NCBI RefSeq assembly: GCF_018977255.1
Contig: NW_024704742.1
Span: forward strand, 64,110,001-64,174,000
Reading direction: 5' to 3'
Source: Callorhinchus milii
Taxonomy: Eukaryota
Length of the DNA stretch: 64,000 nt
In this document: piece by piece, positions 49,701 to 62,855 of the stretch
How the letters are laid out: each line of letters opens with the position of its first letter
How positions within the stretch are numbered: the stretch's first letter is position 1
Program-made: the position numbers and the translations under genes
Notes under the pieces: generated by a model
Told to the model about the DNA's origin: nothing
The model's database searches: none
Seen by the model: the letters and a program-made list of their open reading frames with translations, nothing else

Positions 49701-52141
49701 AGTATAGTGACTATATTTGTAGGCAACAGACAATTTGCTGCTGATCCAGGTGAAGTTTAACCAGTTAAAGCCACGTAGCTTACCATTGAGAGCACTATCT
49801 GGCAATATTCCTGCTGCTTGTCCAGCTTGAACTAACTGTGCCCGCTAGTGTTTTGACTTGGAGAGTTTACTGGAGCCAAGTGGATATAATCCTTGCTTGA
49901 AGTGACTGTTCTGCTCCAAGTCCCACAAGTGAGGCTGGCTAGTCAATCATCAACAGTGCCTTGAAGTACTGCAGACTGACCTGTCTTAGGTATCAGACTA
50001 ACAAGAACACCATAGAAAATTGATTTGATTCCAGTCTTTCATTGCAAGACATGTCAACTCAGCCCCAGTAGACCCTGTTAAGATTCCCTTCCTCTTCCCC
50101 CGGAGGATGATTTTGAGCCATAATTAGACACATAGCAAATACCAAGAACTCAAGAGCCACACGATGAGCAGCACAATTCATCATAAAATCTCTCTGACCT
50201 TCATCCCAGAGTCCCTCTGACTCACTCGCTCCCTCTCTTCCCTCTTTCAAGACACATCTGAAAGCGTACCTCTTTGACCAAGCTTTTGATCATGTTTCCC
50301 CTCCCCACACCTATTGGCTGCCACTCTCAGCTCAGTGTCTATCCAGCACTGTGAATGGGCTTTGGGATATCCTCCCGATGTGAAAGTGCGCTATAATGTC
50401 AATTGTATTGAGAAATACATGTGAATATTGCCACCATGCTCCTGACCACAGCCATGTGCACACACCTCTCCCATCGAGCAGTGGTTTATCTGCAGCGTCA
50501 TTGTATTTCACTTGGAGATTTTTATTATCTTACTGTTGCCCATTTCACTTGTAATCTCCTCATAGTGCATGATCTTATGTATCATTATTACGGGGCTTCA
50601 TTGTAATACCTTTCAGAAGGGAATCGCACAAATATTTGAATAAATGAACAATATAAATAGGAATGAGGAAAGGGCAAGGGAGCTAAATAAATTTCTCTTT
50701 TCAGAGAATTATCAAAGATACAAGTGGCTCAATGACCTCCTTTTGTGCTGCAGAATTCTACATTTCTGTAACTAAAAATGTTCTCTGGGGTTAGTGATGA
50801 ATATAAAGTGATCTGCATAAAGATCTGGTTTTTCAAGGAATATGCCCGTGAATAAGTAAACGTTCCTATTCATTTAATGCAAATAAACTTCTGCTGCTCA
50901 AACAAGATCAGCACAAGAACAAATGTAGACAACATTTACATTAATATACAATACAACGTTACAGTGTTATGTTTTGGACATCACAAAGTGTCAGCCTGGC
51001 TTGGTTGGTCCTTTTAGAAAGTGCTGTAATCAAAATCTAAACTAGGCCAATTAAGTGAATTAAGTAGTTTTAAGTGAATTGACTCACTGTTGAACTCTAG
51101 TGCAGTTACATCCTCTCCTCCACTTCTGATGGTGCACATTTAATACCAATTTTTAAAGCTCATAGATAGGATTTTCTTTAATGAGACTTTACACTCATAA
51201 ACAAGTGTGCTTGTTTTAGCATTGGATTGGGAAGGGTGAGTGTGGGATGATTTGATACTAGTAATCTTTGCATGTGATGTAGCACATTTCAGGATGGGAG
51301 GACATCTCAAAGTGCTTCACAACAATAACAACTTGCATTTATATAGCGTCTTAATACAAGATAACATCTCAGGAAGGTTTCACTGCCTGTCCAGGTTGAA
51401 CCGCTCTAACCCATTAGAGTTTTGGCAGGCACGGATAATGGGAGCTAAGTGAGAGTGTATGCTATCTGGTGAAATGATTCAATAGATCACAAGATTAGTT
51501 TGGATGAAGAAGACCCTTCAGCGCATCCGATGCCATCCTTCCAGAATATCCACCCTGGATAGGATAGGAACAGAGAAACGTTAAACCTGATGCCATAACA
51601 TTGCAGAGTTCAATGAAAATTCAAATCTCTGGCATATGACATTTGCAAACTAAATTTGTTGTTTTATTCTTCCTGTTCAGATGGGCATTAAAGAACCCAT
51701 GACACTATTTAAAAAAGGGAGTTTTTGACGGAGTCTAGATTTGCCTGGGGATTGTTTGTGTGTACCAAATGGTTGCTATATTTGCCTACAAAAAAAACAG
51801 ATACTGCACAGTAACCGCACATACTGCAAAGGGATTTGAAATATTGAAATATAGTTCCAATAGGTACTATAAAAATGTAAGTTCTTTCTTTCTTACAGTA
51901 CATGCTGACTCAACTGGCCAAAGCAACAGTAAAACATAGTGAGTCTCAAAGGAAAATTTGCTAAGTTCAAAAATGTCAACTATGAATTATTCTTAATGAG
52001 TGATTGTTCACAGAGAATGTTAAAACATTGGGGAATTGGTGTGTAAATCATATTGCGTCAGCCTGGACTGTCAGCAGTGCTCTAGTGAATATAATCATGA
52101 AGAGGTTTTATCCGTTTACAGAATAAAAGTCCATGGCAAGG

Positions 52142-52521
52142 TAATAATAATAATAATAATCCTTGCATTTGATATAGCGCTTTTCACGTCTTCTAGACGT
52201 CCCAAAGCGCTTCACAGAATATACTGTAAAGTGAATTGTCTGTACATTTGTGGGCGAACGCGGCAGCCAATTGCACACAGCAATGTCCCACAAACAGTCA
52301 TGGATTGAAAATGACCAATTTATTATTGTTTTGTTTTTTGGAGGGATTATTATTATTAGGCGTGTGAGGTAAGGAAACTTGCCCAAGGTTTCGCCCTGAA
52401 CTGCCTGGAATTGAACTCAGGTCTCTCTCTTGCAAAGCGAGTGCTCTAACCACTGAGCTACAGGACTCCACGTAACCACTGAGCTACAGGACTCCACGTA
52501 ACCACTGAGCTACAGGACTCC
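52142..52521 (-). mobile_element. Family-B SINE, short form, with triplicated 26-bp 5' end
   Basis: Same structure; TAACCACTGAGCTACAGGACTCCA(CG) three times at 52447-52522. Confidence 0.93.
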
Positions 52522-52756
52522 ATGGTAAGTGCAACACAAAAGTTATTTATCAGTGAAATATTTAATTGTCCATTGGATTATGAACCTGACAGTTCTTAGG
52601 AGCACACAGGATTGGAAAAGACCATAGTGCTTCATCTGCAAAAAAAAGACCACAGTGGTTCATTCCTGCTGAAAGACCATAAGTGGTTCATTAGTTCCAA
52701 AAGAAACCTACACTACTGTATCTCTCATATCCTCATTGATCTCTTTCACCACATAT

Positions 52757-53155
52757 CGGCCTGGCTCAGTTGGTAGCCTCTCGCTTCTGAGTCAGAAGAT
52801 TTTGGGTTCAAGCCTCAATCGTGTCTTTGAGTTTATAATCTAGGCTGAGACTCCAGTGCAGTGCTGGGAGAATGCTGAATTGTTTGGAGGTGCCATCTTT
52901 CAGATGAGATGTTAAACCTACGTGCCACTTGCCTGTTCAGAATGTTTCAAAAGGTCCCTTGGTGCTATTCAAAAATAGATGAGAGTTTCTCCTGGTGTCC
53001 TGACCATTCATTTCATGGCTAATTTAGTAATATTTGAGTGCCTCGTTTGCCTACAAAATACAAAATCATTACACTTTGCAGTGAAACCTGAGAAGCACTT
53101 TAAGACATTTCGATGATATTTATAAGGTGCTGCATCAAATTCAGAAATGACTATT
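52757..53155 (+). mobile_element. Family-A DeuSINE
   Basis: GGCTCAGTTGGTAGC...GGGTTCAAGCC...GGAGGTGCCATCTTTCAGATGAGATGTTAAACC. Confidence 0.82.
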
Positions 53156-53189
53156 ATCTACATTCCTCTTGAATTTGATGGAACAGTCT

Positions 53190-53430
53190 ACCTACAAACA
53201 GACATGGATTGAGTGACCACATTATTATTATTATTATATTTTTTGAAAGGATTATTACCCACGGAAAAGCGATCCGCCCATCAACTAACAACCAGGTTCC
53301 TACTGACTGCAAGATAAACAAATGCATGTGGAGTAAGGAAACTTGCCGAAGGTTTCGCCCTGCCCGGGAATCAAACCCAGGTCCTCTCACTTGCGAGGCG
53401 AGTGCTCTAACCACTTTGCCACAGGACTCC
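53190..53430 (-). mobile_element. Family-B SINE, long form, 3' truncated; other partial copies at about 7647-7745, 12050-12250 and 45524-45805
   Basis: Head with CTCGCAA loop and the central segment. Confidence 0.8.
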
Positions 53431-54062
53431 ATGATTCATGCAGAATTATGTTTAGCTGGGTCAGCAGATCACGCCAGGAAGGCCCTTTCTTCCCTTATGA
53501 AAATACTCACAGCGGAGGGTGATATGCACAGAGAGAGAGAGAGGGAGAGCGGGAGGGAGATGAGGAGAAAATAAATGGAAGGAAGCTATGATAACAGTTA
53601 TTTTATTAGCTTACTGACAAATCGAGCTGGGTTTTTTTGCTGCTCAGGGTCTCATGTGGGGGAAGGTGAGCGTGTGTGTATGTGTGTCCGACCTAACAAA
53701 ATGTGAAAGGAGCAGGTCCACCATATTGTAAGCCCGTGCCTTGGGGAGAAGAAATGGCCATGGACCCTGGTGTTCCAATTCTAAGAATTTCCTGTTGAAA
53801 GAACTTGTCCCACAAGCATAGGAGAAATGCAAGACAAGTATATCTCATGAAGGTATCTCACTTCAGCTCCTTGAGTGAAGAAGCACTGCTCACCTTGTTC
53901 AGGTATTCTGTGATTTACCTGCTGGAATCTCCCTGGAGCATCTACCTCCACTTTGTTAAGGCATCGGGTACCTCTCGTCTTTAAGCAGCTAATACTTTTC
54001 TGAAGATCAGTGTTTCCTTGTAGGACACAAGAACAGCAAACCCTAACTCCCTGGGTTGCAAT

Positions 54063-54146
54063 ATAATCATAATAATCATAATAATCACAATTATAATAAT
54101 CAAAATGATCATAATAATCACAATAATCATAACAATCATAATAATC
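54063..54146. repeat. (ATAATC)-type low-complexity microsatellite
   Basis: Read directly; gives the YYD-repeat ORF. Confidence 0.85.
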
Positions 54147-55774
54147 TCGCAATTGATAAAGCAGCTTTCATGTTGGGAGGATGTCTCAAAGCATTCATTG
54201 ATTTACTGTGAAGTATAGTTACTACGTATTTTGCAGATGAAGGAGGCAGCCAATTTGAGTGCAGCAAAGTCCCACAAACAGCCATGTAGGATTCTGATAG
54301 CAGCAATCTACCCACAGTGGACACTACTAAAGATATAATGAATAATCACGCTCATTATAAAAACTCTTCCCTCCACAAGATGCAGATTATTCAGAACTAA
54401 CTGTGCAGCTCGTGTCCTCTCCCGCACCAGGATCCGGGAACCAATTACCCCCATTTTTGCCCAGCTTCACTGGCTCCCCATCTCTCAGACAATTGAGTAC
54501 AAAACCCTCATTCTCACCTCCAAAATCCTCCACAGTCTTGCTTCCCCCCGTCAGCCTGTCCACTCCCTCTACTCAGTGGACACTGCTCTGCTTCAGGTCC
54601 CCTGCACTTCCCACCCCACCCCTTCTGCCCTCCACCCCTCCTAACCCAACTCGCAGCTTAGATCCAAATCCCCCTGACTGTCCAGATCCCTGAGATGTCT
54701 TTCTGACATGAAGGACCCTATATGAGTGTCATTTGTTGTTGTTATTGTTGTACCAGCAAGATCCTGCAAATGGCCAATTAATCTGGAAGATTGTTGGTCA
54801 GGAAACTAGGGAACTTCCTTCTCTTTTCAAATAGTTTCCAGTATTCGTTTCTCTTTCCACTACACCCCAAAGCTTTTAAACTCTCTCCCTCAATCCCATC
54901 CCCTTTCCCCTCCTTCCCTTCTTTTAGATCACAAATTAAGTGCTTTGGTCTCCTCCTCTCCCCCTGAATCAGCATCAGGCTCCACCACTGTTAATCGCTC
55001 ATCAAAGATGAAGGGCACTATATAAATGCAAGTTTTTGTTATGCATTGGGAATTGTAATGTCTACCTAAATAAACACAGGAGTTTAATTTCTTTAATTTG
55101 ACTGCAGCCTGTCAGTAAGACCTTTCTGCAGCACAGCAGCATAGATTGTAAGATGTGTTATTGTTATGGGGATGGAACTCACAATCTTCTGATCCAGAAA
55201 CATGATTGCTATCTGTTAAGGCAAGCTGACACCTAATGCAGGGTTGAAATTCCCCCTGGATCGAGATTTCTTTGAAGAACTACAGAAAAACGGCTTCAAA
55301 GTTAGGAATGAACAAATTAATCGTTACTCTTGGTGATATAGCGCCTTTCACATCGTAAGGATGTCTCAAGGCGAATTGAACAATTTATCAAATTCTGGAT
55401 ACTCTGAAATGCTAAGAAAATAAAGTAAATCAAGGATCAGAAAGGTTTTCTTCCCATTAGGCAAACTCTTCATGATTATACGCCAAATTCCCAGAAAGCA
55501 ACTATTCCTGTGTTTGAGTGATAAATAATTTGATACCCATAGCACTAGCTGTAAAGTTCACAGAGCCACTGGCTGCCTGACCCAAGAAAATCATTATCAG
55601 TAAGTTGACACTGAGATAGGTAGCTACTCCCTGTGCTGCTTATTCAGGAACTGACTAATATTGTACGTTGATGCGATTTGCTGAACCATCATATTTACAA
55701 ACAGTTCCCCAACTTCATTGCCAGAGATTCTTCCTTTTATTTTTTCATTGCTTGTCAGACAGCAATATCAATGG

Positions 55775-56080
55775 CAAGCTGTGTGGTTTTAGCTGGTTAG
55801 ACTCCAGCAATACCCCAACACACACTCTGGGGTCCCCAAGCCTTGGCTCTTGCCAACCTGCGCTTAATATTTCCCCGAATTAGGTAAGCGGGATGCATCC
55901 CTCTACAACAAGACAACAACAAGATTCCATTTATAGAGCGCCTTTCACGTCGGGAGGAGAGAGTGTGCATTCCATTCCAAAAATCTATCTCTGGGATTTC
56001 CACGTGTAGGTGGGATGCATGGAATTCTCAGCTTGGTTTGGATACTCTTTCCCCTTGTGTCAGACACCCAGCTGATCAAA
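55775..56080. repeat. Unclassified ~300-bp dispersed repeat (family C); other copies at about 3376-3465, 12705-12995, 42387-42640 and 57340-57520
   Basis: Shared AGCTGGTTAGACTCC.GCAATACCC...CTCTGGGGTCCC...CATTCCATTCC...CTCAGCTTGGTTTGGATAC...GTGTCAGACACCCAGC, in both orientations. Confidence 0.8.
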
Positions 56081-58454
56081 GTTAAAGGAACTCTTCCTGT
56101 TATAATACTGCTGACAGAGACCTCAAGCCACTTTAAGGCTGTGCATTTCAAGCAAGGTTCATTTGTTGCCTCCCACCCATGTTCAAGGATTTAGATGGAC
56201 TGTATAATTTTGCCACTTCAACCTATGAAGGACAGTAGCTATCAGCCTCCAGTTATGACACGTCCTCTTTTTTCCTTATTTTCTCCTCTTTTTCCTCCTC
56301 CACTTTTCCACCTCACTTTTACATCAGAGCTGAGTCTTGACCTACCTGAAGGTAGTTGGATCAGTTGGGAATCGTAGACACACGCCACCTGGTCACTGAG
56401 ATGTCTCAAAGCCCTTCAAAGGATATGCTGTAAAGTGGATTGACTGTATATTTTGTGGGTAAACAAGGCAGCCAATTCAGCACAACAGTGTCCCACAAAC
56501 AGTGTGATTGACCAAAATATTATTTTTTATTAATATTATTACCCACAGAAAGTGACCCGCCAATCGACTAACAACCTATTACCTGTCCGCACTCCCTAGA
56601 ACTCCATCCCAGAATCCATCCAACTTGTTCCCTCCCTCTCCTCTTTCAAGGTCCATCTCAAGATCTATCTCTTTGACCGTGCTTTCGCTCATCTTTCCAA
56701 TCCTCACCCCTCTCGCTCTCACCCCCGCTTGGGTGCCAAACCAGGATTGTTAAGAACCTTGGGACGTACTCTTGATGTGAACGGAGCTTCATAAATGTAA
56801 ATTTGTATTGTATTGTTTTATTGTAGTGGTTGTTTTTATTACTTGAAATAGATTTTGAATGTGTATTTGTTGTGGTTCTTATATCTGAGATCCATCAGAT
56901 CTCAAAGTACAATTTTATGACACTGTTTAAAAAGAGACAAGTTTCTCTCAGTCTCCTAGCCAAGAATCCCCTGAATAAAATTGTCATTCATTTCATGGCT
57001 GTCTTGTGGGTCATTGCTATGTCCAAATTGACTTCTGCGTTCACTGAAAAATACACAGTCACTACACTTTACAGAAAACCATGAAGTGTTTGGAGTCATT
57101 CTGACATTATAAGCGCTCCATCAAATGCAACTCTTATCACTCTTCATTTATCAGAAAGCCTTTGTGTTACTTGAATATGTAGCAATGGAGATCATATCGG
57201 ATATGTTCCTAAGTCAAAGACCCCTTTAAAATTAATAAAATACACATGTCTTTCATAACGTACTTGTTTTGTTTTGTGATGGGCCAGTTTGTCCTTATGA
57301 ATTTCACATCTTTACCCAATTCTTCCACATATATATACCCCTTATACATGGAAATTTTGTTATGTCTGGAATGAATGCATCCTCTCTCCCTGGAGAGTCG
57401 CATCCTGTTTGCCGAATTCCAGAGAATATTAGTTGCAGGTTGGCAAGAGCAAAGGCTTGGGACCACAAAGTGTGCGTTGGGATACTGCTGGGGTTTAACC
57501 TCCTAAAGCCTCATGGATTGCCACTAAGAGCACCATCTGGCAAGCTTTCCCACCACTTGTCCAGGTAGGACTATCCTACCCTTTAGGGCTTTGACTTGCA
57601 GGGTTAGCAGGAGCTGAATGCAAAGAATCCTTTTCCCCAGTTTTTGAAATGAAAAATTACAATAAAAAATTACTTCAACCCCCAAATAAGCTTCTCTTTT
57701 AATCAAACAGAGATTCTGCTAGGCTCTAATTTTCCCATTACGTGTTATTATAATAATAATCTTTATTTGTTTAGTCAGTGGTTTAGTACGAAGTATCATC
57801 TGCTGCCGGTGGATGTAATAATGGATGCAACAGTATTTATTATTCTGCCTAGAAGTGAAAGTCATATTTTATTGAGAAATACAGATTGGGGTACAGTAGT
57901 CTGCACTGCATTTAAATAAAAGTTATTAACACCCAGATAATTTGTTGCAATGCACATATTGGAATTAATAAAGCAATAACTGCAGCCTTTCAAACTTATG
58001 AATCTCATTATTGTAGAAACTACATTATCCAGCAATTATATACATTTAGTCTGAAAGGGCAGATGGGTTGCTGCATTATATAATCATCACTGTCTGCCTT
58101 CATTCCCACTTATCTGAAGGCTCGTTTATCATTGTGGTTGAGTTTTGAAGTTTAAAATAGGAGTGATGTGAACCCATGTGCATATGCTTAAAGGCTTTTC
58201 AGTTGTACAAATTTTAGATTAGCTCTTTTAATAAATATTAAAACACAAAATAATGCCACATCTTAAAACTTCATGTCACCACCTCTCATAGCAGGTTAAC
58301 ATGAAGGCTTTTAGAACGATAAGTATTGTCACCGAAACACTTCCAAAATGAAATGAGGATTTAATCTTTGGAAATGAGGTTTAAGATAAATGTCACCACA
58401 GATCTTATTCAGATGTCATATGTGTTTTGGGACAAGACCTAGAAAGTGGGACAT

Positions 58455-58850
58455 AATAACATAATAATAATCCCAATCCTTCTATTTAGTACAGTACCTT
58501 TTAGGTCTTTGAAACATTTCAAAGTGCTTCATACGATTTTACAGCAAAGTACATTGACTGTTTTTCTGGCTCAATGAAGCAACCAATATGCACACAGCAA
58601 AATCCCACAACCATCCATGAACTTAAAAGAGTTTTTATCTGGGGTATTGTTGTCCACGACTCTGGAAGAAACTCCCTTCTCTTTTCAAATAGTACCTTGG
58701 ATCTTTATTGTCAACCTAAACAGGCAGAAGTGATCTTAGCTTCACATCTTATCTGAAGGACAGTACCTTTGGCAATGCAGTGCTCCCTCCTCGCCCAGTA
58801 CTGCACTGGAGTGTCAGTCTAGACATGGAGCTCCAAGTCCCACCATGAGC
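58455..58850 (-). mobile_element. Family-A DeuSINE, head truncated
   Basis: Deu text and (TTA)n tail. Confidence 0.75.
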
Positions 58851-58855
58851 TTCTC

Positions 58856-59524
58856 TCCAAAAAGAGGCTTTGGAAATGAAGGCCACCCCACCAAAATGGT
58901 TTGGACGGGGTTTGTGGTGAAAGGTGTAGCCTGGAGGGGAGGCTTCCATTCGGGGGACGGGGTCAGTGGGAGAGAGCCAGGTTTCAGTGAGCCCAAGAAT
59001 GTCAAGGTGCTCGTCCAGAATGAGGTCGTGGATGGTGAGGATTTTATTTGAGAGGGAACGGATGTTTTGGAGGGAAATGCGGGTGAGTTTGCTGGAAGGA
59101 GGGGAGGGAGGAGAGGGAGGAGAGAGTGATGCGAGAGGATTTGGGGGTGCATGGGAGAAATGGTTGTGGAGAGTGGTGTGAGTGGAGAGTTGGGGAGGGT
59201 ACGTATGAGGAAGGGGGAAGTTGGATTTGCCTTAAGGAGACAGTTTGAGCGGAGGGAGTGAATGATTGGACACGTGGGGTTGCTGCTCTGGGACAACCAG
59301 TGCCGGGAGCCATGATGGGCCCGGCGGAGGATGCCCAGGCTGGAGCAGAGAGAAATGGTGATGAAGTCGAGGAGAGAGAGAAGGCGGGGAGGGCAGTGGG
59401 AGAGAAGGACAGAGGGGCAGTAGTAGATAGAGGGGGGTAGGAGGAGAGGCATAGAGGGGGGTTGGAGGAGAGACATAGAGAGGGGTGAGAGGAGAGACAT
59501 AGAGGGGGGCGGGAGGAGAGACAT
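58856..59524 (-). mobile_element. L2 5'/endonuclease fragment, preceded by a 4x24-bp tandem repeat (59429-59524)
   Basis: Translates to QNIRSLSNK...DILGLTETW...PPGYTFHHKPR...GGVAFI, homologous to 7830-8170. Confidence 0.8.
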
Positions 59525-60669
59525 TTAGGGGGAGGCTCGGGTCAGCTATTCAGCCGAATGAAGCTATTCAGCCTATCAACCCTAACCTGGTGTGGGCTGT
59601 AACTTTTATACTGGAGCAAAAATCTGCAGTATTTTAAAGCATTCCTTGTGTCATGCATGTCACCACCTCTCATAGCAGGTTAATGTGAAGATCGAAATGA
59701 ATGATTCCCAAGGCCTACACTGAGTGATAGCCCTAGACCCAATCTAGGCCTGATACTTACAGTATTTCTGGGTTGTGAAGAGTGAGGATTAAAAAGCTGT
59801 CCTCGGTGATCAAGAATTACATTAAAAAATGGAAAAATAGTTTTGGCCATGTTGTAAGAAGGGATTCCATTGACCTTAAGAAGACTGCTCTCCCTGCTGA
59901 TAGTTATCAAATGGCCTTAAATGACACAAGTAACACAAGAAACACTTGTAAACCACAAATCATACACCATTCTTTCTCCTCAAATACTTAGCCATCTACT
60001 CAAATATGTTTATAAATTGAGAAAAAAACACAAAGGTGTTTCTGAAATCAAAACAATTTTGTAAAAGGTTTGTTGGTTCAACTGGTGAGATAACTGAAAA
60101 TGCAGAGATAGAGAAACTGTGTCTCCTCTCACCAACGGGTGAATTCAATCAGAACTTCCTGCCCTGTTTCTTTCTGATTTACTGTTCACAATTCCCTGGG
60201 AATAAAAGATGAAGAGTCAATCAAAGCATGTTTTCACATCAGAAAGACAACAGTTTGCAAAAAATTAAAACTGATACTTACTGTGGAAAAGTCATTATAA
60301 CAGCTATTGATTAAATATCATATTGAACTGTTTGTTATGTTCTAAGATGAATCCATGGCTAAATTCTCATCTGATTGAGATGGAGAAAAGTGTTTGCACT
60401 GCATTTTATGACACTGTCACTCAGACCAACACGAATATATTGCCTCAGCTGTTTCTCTCGACTGTCTTTTGTGATGATACACCTTTTTTTAACAAACCTT
60501 GCTAGAAAGTGTAAATAGTGCATTATGGGGGCTAATTTGCATTTTGGATTCATAATACAGTAGAGAGAATGTCTCTAAGCACACAGGATTCACTGTAAAG
60601 TGTAATGACTGTGTGTTTTACAGACATACAAATGAATGTGTTCAGGTGCAATCACAAGATTACAATAAT

Positions 60670-61745
60670 GCTTTGGATAAAGAAGGCCCTTCGACCGATC
60701 TGATCATTCTTCCAGAACATCTACCCTACCATCCTCCCAACACGGCATTCGGCTGTTTTTTAAACGAGTCCAGTATTCTGGCCTCAACCACCCTTTTTCG
60801 GCTACCTGTTTCAGTCATTAATTACAATAACAGCAACTTGCACTTATATAGCGCCCTCCACACAGGGTAGTGTCTCAGAGCACTTAACAGTGCTAGAGCC
60901 TGACTCCAAGCCAGGGGGAGGCAGGAGGTGGCCGTAAGCACAGTCGAAGCGGAATGTCTTCAGGCGGGACTTGAAAAAGGGAAGAGAGGGGGCAAAGCGG
61001 AGGGATTGAGAGAGGTTGGTCCAGAGTCTCAGGGCGTAGTGGCTGAAAGTGTGACGTCCAATGGTGAGGCGAAGGGTGCGGGGGACAAGCAACTGGCTGT
61101 TGCCAGTCGAGCGGAAGTGCCAGGTGGTGGATTGGGAATTGAAGAGGTCAGAGGTTCGGAGGTGCCAGAGAGTGAAGGGATTTAAACACCAGTGTGAGGA
61201 TCTTGAAGTTGATCCGTTTGGTGATGGGAGCCAGTGGAGCCTGGACAGAACTGGTGAGATGGAAATATGGAGTTTGGTTCGGGTGGCAAAGTTCTGAATT
61301 AGCTGGACCTTTTGAATAGTGGAGCTGGGGAGTTCGGCGAGGAATGCGCTTGAGTAATCCAGGCGGGAGGTGACAAATGCATGCATGAGGGTTTCGGTTG
61401 CATTTTGGGGTAAGGTACGGTCAGAGGTGGGCAATGTGGCAGAGGTGGAAGAAGGCGTCCTGGTCAGGGACAGGATGTGGGGGAGAAAGGACAGCTGGGG
61501 TTCAAATAGGACGCCTAGATTGCGCACTGGTTTGGTGAGGGTAATTACCCTCTGAGTAAAGAAAACCTTCCTGACATCTATCCTGAAATTGCCCTTTGCA
61601 ATTCTATGGCCTTTTGTTCTACTTTGTGCATCCTAAACTATGGTTCTGGTTTTAATTTTTCAATCCCATTTAACATTTTATGCACCTCAATGAGATCCCC
61701 TCTGAGACATCTTCTCTCATGACTGAAGAGCCCGAGCTTATCTAA
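60670..61745 (-). mobile_element. Old CR1-like 3' fragment hosting an L2; related pieces at about 1490-1670, 12460-12660, 19720-20100, 30415-30660 and 62856-63060
   Basis: Shared GAGTCCAGT.T.CTGGCCTCAAC / AATTACCCT.TGAGTAAAGAAA segments and a CR1 RGDLIE-like region. Confidence 0.65.
60826..61541 (-). mobile_element. L2 3' fragment (second tail type) inserted into a CR1 fragment
   Basis: ORF 60844..61527 (NLGVLF, SRLDY, LHWLP); TSD TAATTAC at 60819-60825 and 61542-61548. Confidence 0.9.
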
Positions 61746-62195
61746 GCATAGCTCATTGCTCATTATTGTGATCACCTGCATTGATTTCAAAGTAACTTAT
61801 AAGTGAAACGCATGCTCTAACAAAGAAGGTTATAAAAAGACCTTCCTGTCTTCCTTTTCTCTTCACTGGCAATCATTCAAAATCCACCACTGAATTCGTA
61901 CTTTTTTTGTGTAATTATCTTAATCAAATGATGTGAGAATCTTCATTCAAAGACAGTTGTGACAGTGAAAAAGCAATATCCATTTTCATTAACTTGATCA
62001 GATACTTACATTGAGCTTGTATAAAACAAATGTTAGACTTTAATTTAAAAGTTATAGGTTTATCACTCTAGAGTTATGATGCTACGTAAGCAGTTCACAG
62101 TAGTTTTGAAAAGCAACGAAGGTGAGAAATTCCAATCATGTCTAGATGTACACGACATATGCAGTTTAGAGCATCAAAAATTTGGAATATATTAT

Positions 62196-62855
62196 ACAGT
62201 ACAGTGACTACATGTTTTGTGGGTGAAAATGGCAGTCAATTTGCACACAGGATCATCCTGGAGTCCTGTAGCTCAGTGGTTAGAGCATTCACCTTGCAAG
62301 CGAGAGACCTGAGTTCAATTCCAGACAGGGTGAAACCTTGGCCAAGTTTCCTTACTCCACACGCCTAATAATAATCCCTCAAAAAAAAATAATAATAAAT
62401 TGGTCATTTTCAATCTACAACTGTTTGTGGGACATTGCTGTGTGCAATTAGCTGCCGCGTTCGCTCACAAATATACAGTCAATTCACTTTACAATATATT
62501 CTGTGAAGCGCTTTGGGACGTCTAGAAGACGTGAAAAGTGCTATATCAAATGCAAGGATTATTATTATTATTATTATCCCACAAACAGCCATGAAGTGAA
62601 TGACCAATTTTATTTTGGGGGATTGTTGGAGATTGGACACTGGGAGAAACTCCCTTCTCTTCAAATAGTGCAATGGGATCTTTGACATCCACCTAAACAA
62701 GCAGATGGGGTTTAATGACTCATCCAAAGGAGTCCAACAATGAAACACACCCCCAGTACTGCATTGGAGTATCAGCTCAGAACTATATGAGTTCCAGGGC
62801 CTGAAGTAGGGCATTCAAACACAATCTCTGACTCAAAATGAGAGTGCTACCAACA
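62196..62855 (-). mobile_element. Family-A DeuSINE hosting a family-B SINE; further partial family-A copies at about 4860-5065, 6560-6800, 15975-16270, 21280-21495, 28857-29130, 33670-34010 and 56905-57135
   Basis: Deu text on both sides of 62260-62576. Confidence 0.78.
62260..62576 (+). mobile_element. Family-B SINE, short form, nested in an antisense family-A SINE
   Basis: Same structure; TSD ATCC at 62255-62258 and 62576-62579. Confidence 0.92.
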
